A DNA stretch of 64,000 nt from contig OZ253496.1 in assembly GCA_965262115.1 (NCBI GenBank), positions 2,144,001 to 2,208,000 of the forward strand, given 5' to 3'. This document shows positions 60,209-64,000 of the stretch, in pieces. The translations under genes were made by a program, and so were the position numbers. This DNA is from Nitrospinales bacterium (GTDB lineage: Bacteria > Nitrospinota > Nitrospinia > Nitrospinales > VA-1). Every line of letters starts with the position of its first letter. The stretch's first letter is position 1. Under the pieces are notes generated by a model, which was given only the letters and a program-made list of their open reading frames with translations, searched no databases and was not told the origin of the DNA.

Positions 60209-60260
60209 TTCTATCTGGCGAGCAAAGAGTTGTTGCGGCTTAAAAAGGTTTTGCTCCCCC
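60195..60260. repeat. Mosaic repeat copy
   Basis: GCAATAG..CTGGCGAGCAAAGAGTTGTTGCGGCTT. Confidence 0.78.
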
Positions 60261-60266
60261 TTAACA

Positions 60267-60432
60267 GGGACCTTTGCATAACCCCGAGATTCTTCGAGAT
60301 ACCCCTACGGGGCAAGAATTCAAAGGTCAAATATCACTAGCTCAGCATGACAATCTTGGTATTTTTGTGATGTCATCCTGAGTTCATCGAAGGATTTTGC
60401 TTTTCTGTTTTATTGACTTACGCAAAGATCTC
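60267..60432. mobile_element. Second, diverged MITE copy carrying an IS110-target-like palindrome (60300-60318)
   Basis: GGGACCTTTGCATAA...TTACGCAAAGATCTC; interior homologous to 29909-30036. Confidence 0.8.
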
Positions 60433-60655
60433 TTTAAAAAAGAGGGGTCCATTGCAGTTCCCCCGCGTTATATCTTCCGTTAGTTCGCAGAAAATTCCCA
60501 GCCTCTTAAAAGTCAGTAGTAAAAATTAATTTTTTTATTTATTGCGGCATTTATTTTTTGCTTTTTATTCGTCTATAGTTGGGGTAGGGAAGGGGCACGA
60601 AACCGTTATGTTTTGTGGCCTTGAAAGAAAGTTTTTCAGGCACTCTAGAATTTCG

Positions 60656-60715
60656 TTGACATACTACATCTTGTATAATATTTTGCTGAACAACACAAAA
60701 TATGGATATTTTGTG
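60656..60715 (+). promoter_or_regulatory. nrdJ promoter with tandem NrdR-like boxes (60661-60676, 60693-60708)
   Basis: TTGACA at 60656; ATACTACATCTTGTAT and ACACAAAATATGGATA lie 32 bp apart upstream of a ribonucleotide reductase. Confidence 0.7.
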
Positions 60716-60840
60716 GTTTGAGGCACCCAAGAATTTTAAGGAAAAAGGGCAGTTAAGAGTTGTTGTTGTCCTTCGAACCTTTGACCCATAACTGATTCAA
60801 TTTGTTGGGGTTACATTTTTTTAGCGAAGTGGAGCGTTAT

Positions 60841-63800
60841 ATGCGAATCGATCGGGTATTTACCAAGGATCATCAGGACCCCTACGAAGGAATTGGCTTT
60901 ATAGAGCGAGTTTCTAAAATCATCAATGCCGATGGTTCTTTAGTTTCTGAAATCAAGAACGTTTTGGTGCCTGACACCTGGTCACAGGTGGCGGTGGATA
61001 TCATGGCGCAGAAATACTTCCGCAAGGCGGGAGTTCCGGCCCGGTTGAAAAAGAAGTTCGAACCCGGGCTGCCCGAATGGCTTTGCCCATCGGTACCGGA
61101 TGAAGAGGCGCTGAACCAGCTTCCTCAATCGGCGCAGTTCACCCACGAAACCACATCGCAGGAAGTTTTTCATCGACTGGCCGGATGCTGGACATATTGG
61201 GGCTGGAAAAATAATTGTTTCAGCAGTGAGAAAGACGCACGCAATTATTATGATGAGATGCGTTATATGTTGGCGCGGCAGTTGGCAGCACCCAATTCTC
61301 CGCAATGGTTCAACACTGGCATGAACTGGGCCTATGGCCTCGAAGGACCGGCGCAAGGACATTATTATTTCGACGAGGAAGCAGGCGGACTGCAAAAATC
61401 CAAAAACGCATATGAACGACCGCAACCACATGCCTGCTTCATTCTTTCTGTTAGTGATGATCTGGTGGGTGATGGCGGGATCATGGATCTGTGGCGGCAG
61501 GAAGCTCGGCTGTTCAAGTTCGGGTCTGGAACCGGGAGCAACTTCTCCAATCTTCGTGGAGATGGCGAGTCCCTTTCCGGTGGTGGAAAATCTTCCGGGC
61601 TGATGAGTTTCTTAAAGATCGGCGACCGGGCGGCGGGAGCGATCAAATCTGGTGGAACCACCCGACGCGCGGCCAAGATGGTCACTCTTGACATGGACCA
61701 TCCTGACATTGAAGAGTTTGTTGAATGGAAGGTCCGAGAAGAGCGCAAGGTTGCTGCTCTGGCGGCGGGAAGCAAGATGACCCGTCGGTGCTTGAAAGAG
61801 ATCATCCGTGCTTGCTGGTCAAAGGATGAAGGGGAAGAAACCCGGTTTGATGTGCAGAAAAATAAAGCTTTGAAAAAAGCCGTCCGCAATGGATTGGATT
61901 GCTTCATCCCTGAAAACTATATTTATCGCGTTATCCAACTGGCCCGGCAAGGGGTCAAGGATATTGAGTTTGAAGAGTATGACACCAATTGGACTTCAGA
62001 AGGTTACCTGACTGTTTCAGGCCAGAACTCCAACAACTCGGTCCGACTCACCAATGAGTTTCTGCGCGCAGTGGAATGCGACGGAGACTGGAACCTGATC
62101 CGCAGAACCGATGCAGGGATTGCCAGAATCCTACCTGCTAAAGATCTGTGGGAAAAGATCAACTACTCTGCCTGGTCCAGCGCTGATCCGGGACTGCAGT
62201 TTCACACGACGATCAACGAGTGGCATACCTGTCCGGAAGATGGGCCGATCCGTGCTTCCAATCCCTGCTCCGAATACATGTTCCTCGATGACACCGCCTG
62301 CAACCTCGCGTCCATCAACCTGATGCGTTTTTACGATGAGGAAAAGGGAGTGTTCGCCATAGAAAACTATCGGCATGCTTGCCGCATGTGGACTCTCACG
62401 CTGGAAATTTCGGTGATGATGGCGCAGTTCCCCAATCAGGCTATCGCCAAAAAGAGTTTTGAGTTCCGCACCATGGGTCTCGGTTATGCCAATTTTGGAG
62501 CCATGCTCATGGTAATGGGTATTCCTTATGACTCGGAAAGCGGTCGGGCCATCGCCGGCGCAATTTCCGCCATGACCACCGGAGCTTCTTATGCCATGTC
62601 GGCAGAAATGGCTGGAGAGTTGGGTCCCTTTGTGGGCTTTGAGAAGAACCGGGACGCCATGCTCCGGGTTCTGAAAAATCACCAGCGTGCCGCGCATAAT
62701 GCGGAAGTTCGTGAGTATGAGGGACTCACCGCATACCCGCAGGGTATTCAGGCGGAACATTGTCCAACCTATCTCCTCGACGCGGCCCAAAAAGAATGGG
62801 CGGATGCGCTGGACCTGGGCGGGAAGAACGGATTCCGCAATGCCCAGACCACTTGTATCGCGCCGACGGGTACGACCGGATTGCTGATGGATTGCGATAC
62901 CACAGGCATTGAGCCGGACTACGCTCTGATTAAATACAAGAAGCTGGCAGGCGGCGGTTATTTCAAGATCATCAATCAGTCGGTTCCTGGCGCGCTTCGC
63001 AGGCTGGGTTACAATCCCGATGAGATCAAGGACATTGTTGAATATTGCGTGGGTTCGGGGAGTCTGGAAACCGCTCCTTACATCAATCGGAATTCCCTGC
63101 GCAAAAAAGGGTTCACCGATGGAGTGCTCGATAATGTTCAGCTTGAATTACCAAAGGCTTTCGATATCAGTTTCGCGTTCAATAAATTTGTTCTGGGGGA
63201 ATCGTTCTGTAAGGAAGTGTTGAAGTTGACCGATGAGCAGTTGGACTCTATAACCTTAAATCTGCTGGAGCATCTGGGTTTTACCGATGAAGAAATCCAG
63301 TCGGCCAATGACAGCATTTGCGGAAGAATGACGGTTGAAGACGCTCCGCATCTGAAAGAGCGCCATTACTCTGTTTTCGATTGTGCCAACCAGTGCGGAA
63401 AATATGGTAAACGTTTTATTCGCCCCGAGGCACACATTCGCATTATGGCGGCGGCCCAGCCTTTTCTTTCCGGCGCAATATCCAAAACTATCAATATGCC
63501 CAACGATGCTACCATTGTCGATGTCGAACGGGCGCATATGCTGAGTTGGAAGCTGATGTTGAAGGGAACCGCTATCTATCGCGATGGCTCCAAACTCAGC
63601 CAGCCGCTAAACAGTGTGGCGACAGACAGCTTTAACCAACTGAAAATGGAAGAGGCTGCCCCGGCAATGCAGGCGGCCAAACAGATCATTGAAGTGGTGC
63701 GTGAACACAGGCGCAAAGTTCTGCCGCACCGCAGAAAAGGTTATACCCAGAAAGCCTCCATTGGCGGTCATAAGGTTTATCTCAGAACCGGTGAATACGA

Positions 63801-64000
63801 TGATGGAACTCTCGGCGAAATTTTCATCGACATGCATAAAGAAGGCGCCGCCTACCGCAGTTTGATGAACTGCTTTGCCATCGCGATTTCGCTGGGACTG
63901 CAACACGGTGTTCCGCTGGAAGAATTTACCGATGCGTTTGTGTTCACCCGGTTTGAACCGAACGGGATTGTTACCGGCAACCAGGCAATCACCATGTCCA
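60841..64000 (+). CDS. nrdJ: Adenosylcobalamin-dependent (class II) ribonucleotide reductase, 3' truncated by window edge; not in the ORF track
   Basis: Manual translation MRIDRVFTK..., [53 protein letters not shown]. Confidence 0.95.
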   Translation, partial: MRIDRVFTKDHQDPYEGIGFIERVSKIINADGSLVSEIKNVLVPDTWSQVAVDIMAQKYFRKAGVPARLKKKFEPGLPEWLCPSVPDEEALNQLPQSAQFTHETTSQEVFHRLAGCWTYWGWKNNCFSSEKDARNYYDEMRYMLARQLAAPNSPQWFNTGMNWAYGLEGPAQGHYYFDEEAGGLQKSKNAYERPQPHACFILSVSDDLVGDGGIMDLWRQEARLFKFGSGTGSNFSNLRGDGESLSGGGKSSGLMSFLKIGDRAAGAIKSGGTTRRAAKMVTLDMDHPDIEEFVEWKVREERKVAALAAGSKMTRRCLKEIIRACWSKDEGEETRFDVQKNKALKKAVRNGLDCFIPENYIYRVIQLARQGVKDIEFEEYDTNWTSEGYLTVSGQNSNNSVRLTNEFLRAVECDGDWNLIRRTDAGIARILPAKDLWEKINYSAWSSADPGLQFHTTINEWHTCPEDGPIRASNPCSEYMFLDDTACNLASINLMRFYDEEKGVFAIENYRHACRMWTLTLEISVMMAQFPNQAIAKKSFEFRTMGLGYANFGAMLMVMGIPYDSESGRAIAGAISAMTTGASYAMSAEMAGELGPFVGFEKNRDAMLRVLKNHQRAAHNAEVREYEGLTAYPQGIQAEHCPTYLLDAAQKEWADALDLGGKNGFRNAQTTCIAPTGTTGLLMDCDTTGIEPDYALIKYKKLAGGGYFKIINQSVPGALRRLGYNPDEIKDIVEYCVGSGSLETAPYINRNSLRKKGFTDGVLDNVQLELPKAFDISFAFNKFVLGESFCKEVLKLTDEQLDSITLNLLEHLGFTDEEIQSANDSICGRMTVEDAPHLKERHYSVFDCANQCGKYGKRFIRPEAHIRIMAAAQPFLSGAISKTINMPNDATIVDVERAHMLSWKLMLKGTAIYRDGSKLSQPLNSVATDSFNQLKMEEAAPAMQAAKQIIEVVREHRRKVLPHRRKGYTQKASIGGHKVYLRTGEYDDGTLGEIFIDMHKEGAAYRSLMNCFAIAISLGLQHGVPLEEFTDAFVFTRFEPNGIVTGNQAITMS

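Overview
This is a bacterial chromosomal segment made mostly of housekeeping genes. A Nitrospinota-like or related organism is a loose impression only and cannot be established from this window. The genes include ffh-rpsP-khpA-rimM-trmD-rplS, rnhB, recJ, maf, priA, msrP, mqnC, cobA/hemD, rsmA, pdxA, pckA, mpl, purF/L/Q/S, guaA/B and a partial class II nrdJ with tandem NrdR-like boxes. Five accessory features stand out. (1) A complete IS110-family element (617-1980) has a left non-coding end that reads as a bridge RNA. Its target-loop guides match the reconstructed insertion site, its donor-loop guides match the circle junction, and a sigma70 promoter forms only across that junction. The 5' part of the RNA, including the target loop, is tandemly duplicated, and the target is a REP-like palindrome repeated elsewhere in the window. 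(2) A dispersed, BIME-like mosaic repeat family (65-bp unit plus hairpin linkers) has its densest array directly upstream of a tyrosine-recombinase gene that lacks the catalytic tyrosine. (3) An AT-rich methylase plus HNH cassette has its nuclease fused to a secreted host protein. (4) An IS30 transposase is disrupted by a 128-bp MITE with a 9-bp target duplication. (5) An inositol/phosphocholine-type cluster comprises a LicC-like gene, a PEAMT-like methyltransferase, ino1, IPCT/DIPPS, an HD protein and a CDP-alcohol transferase. Several genes are frameshifted or carry in-frame stops. No tRNA, rRNA or CRISPR array was seen. All family assignments come from motif recognition, not database searches.
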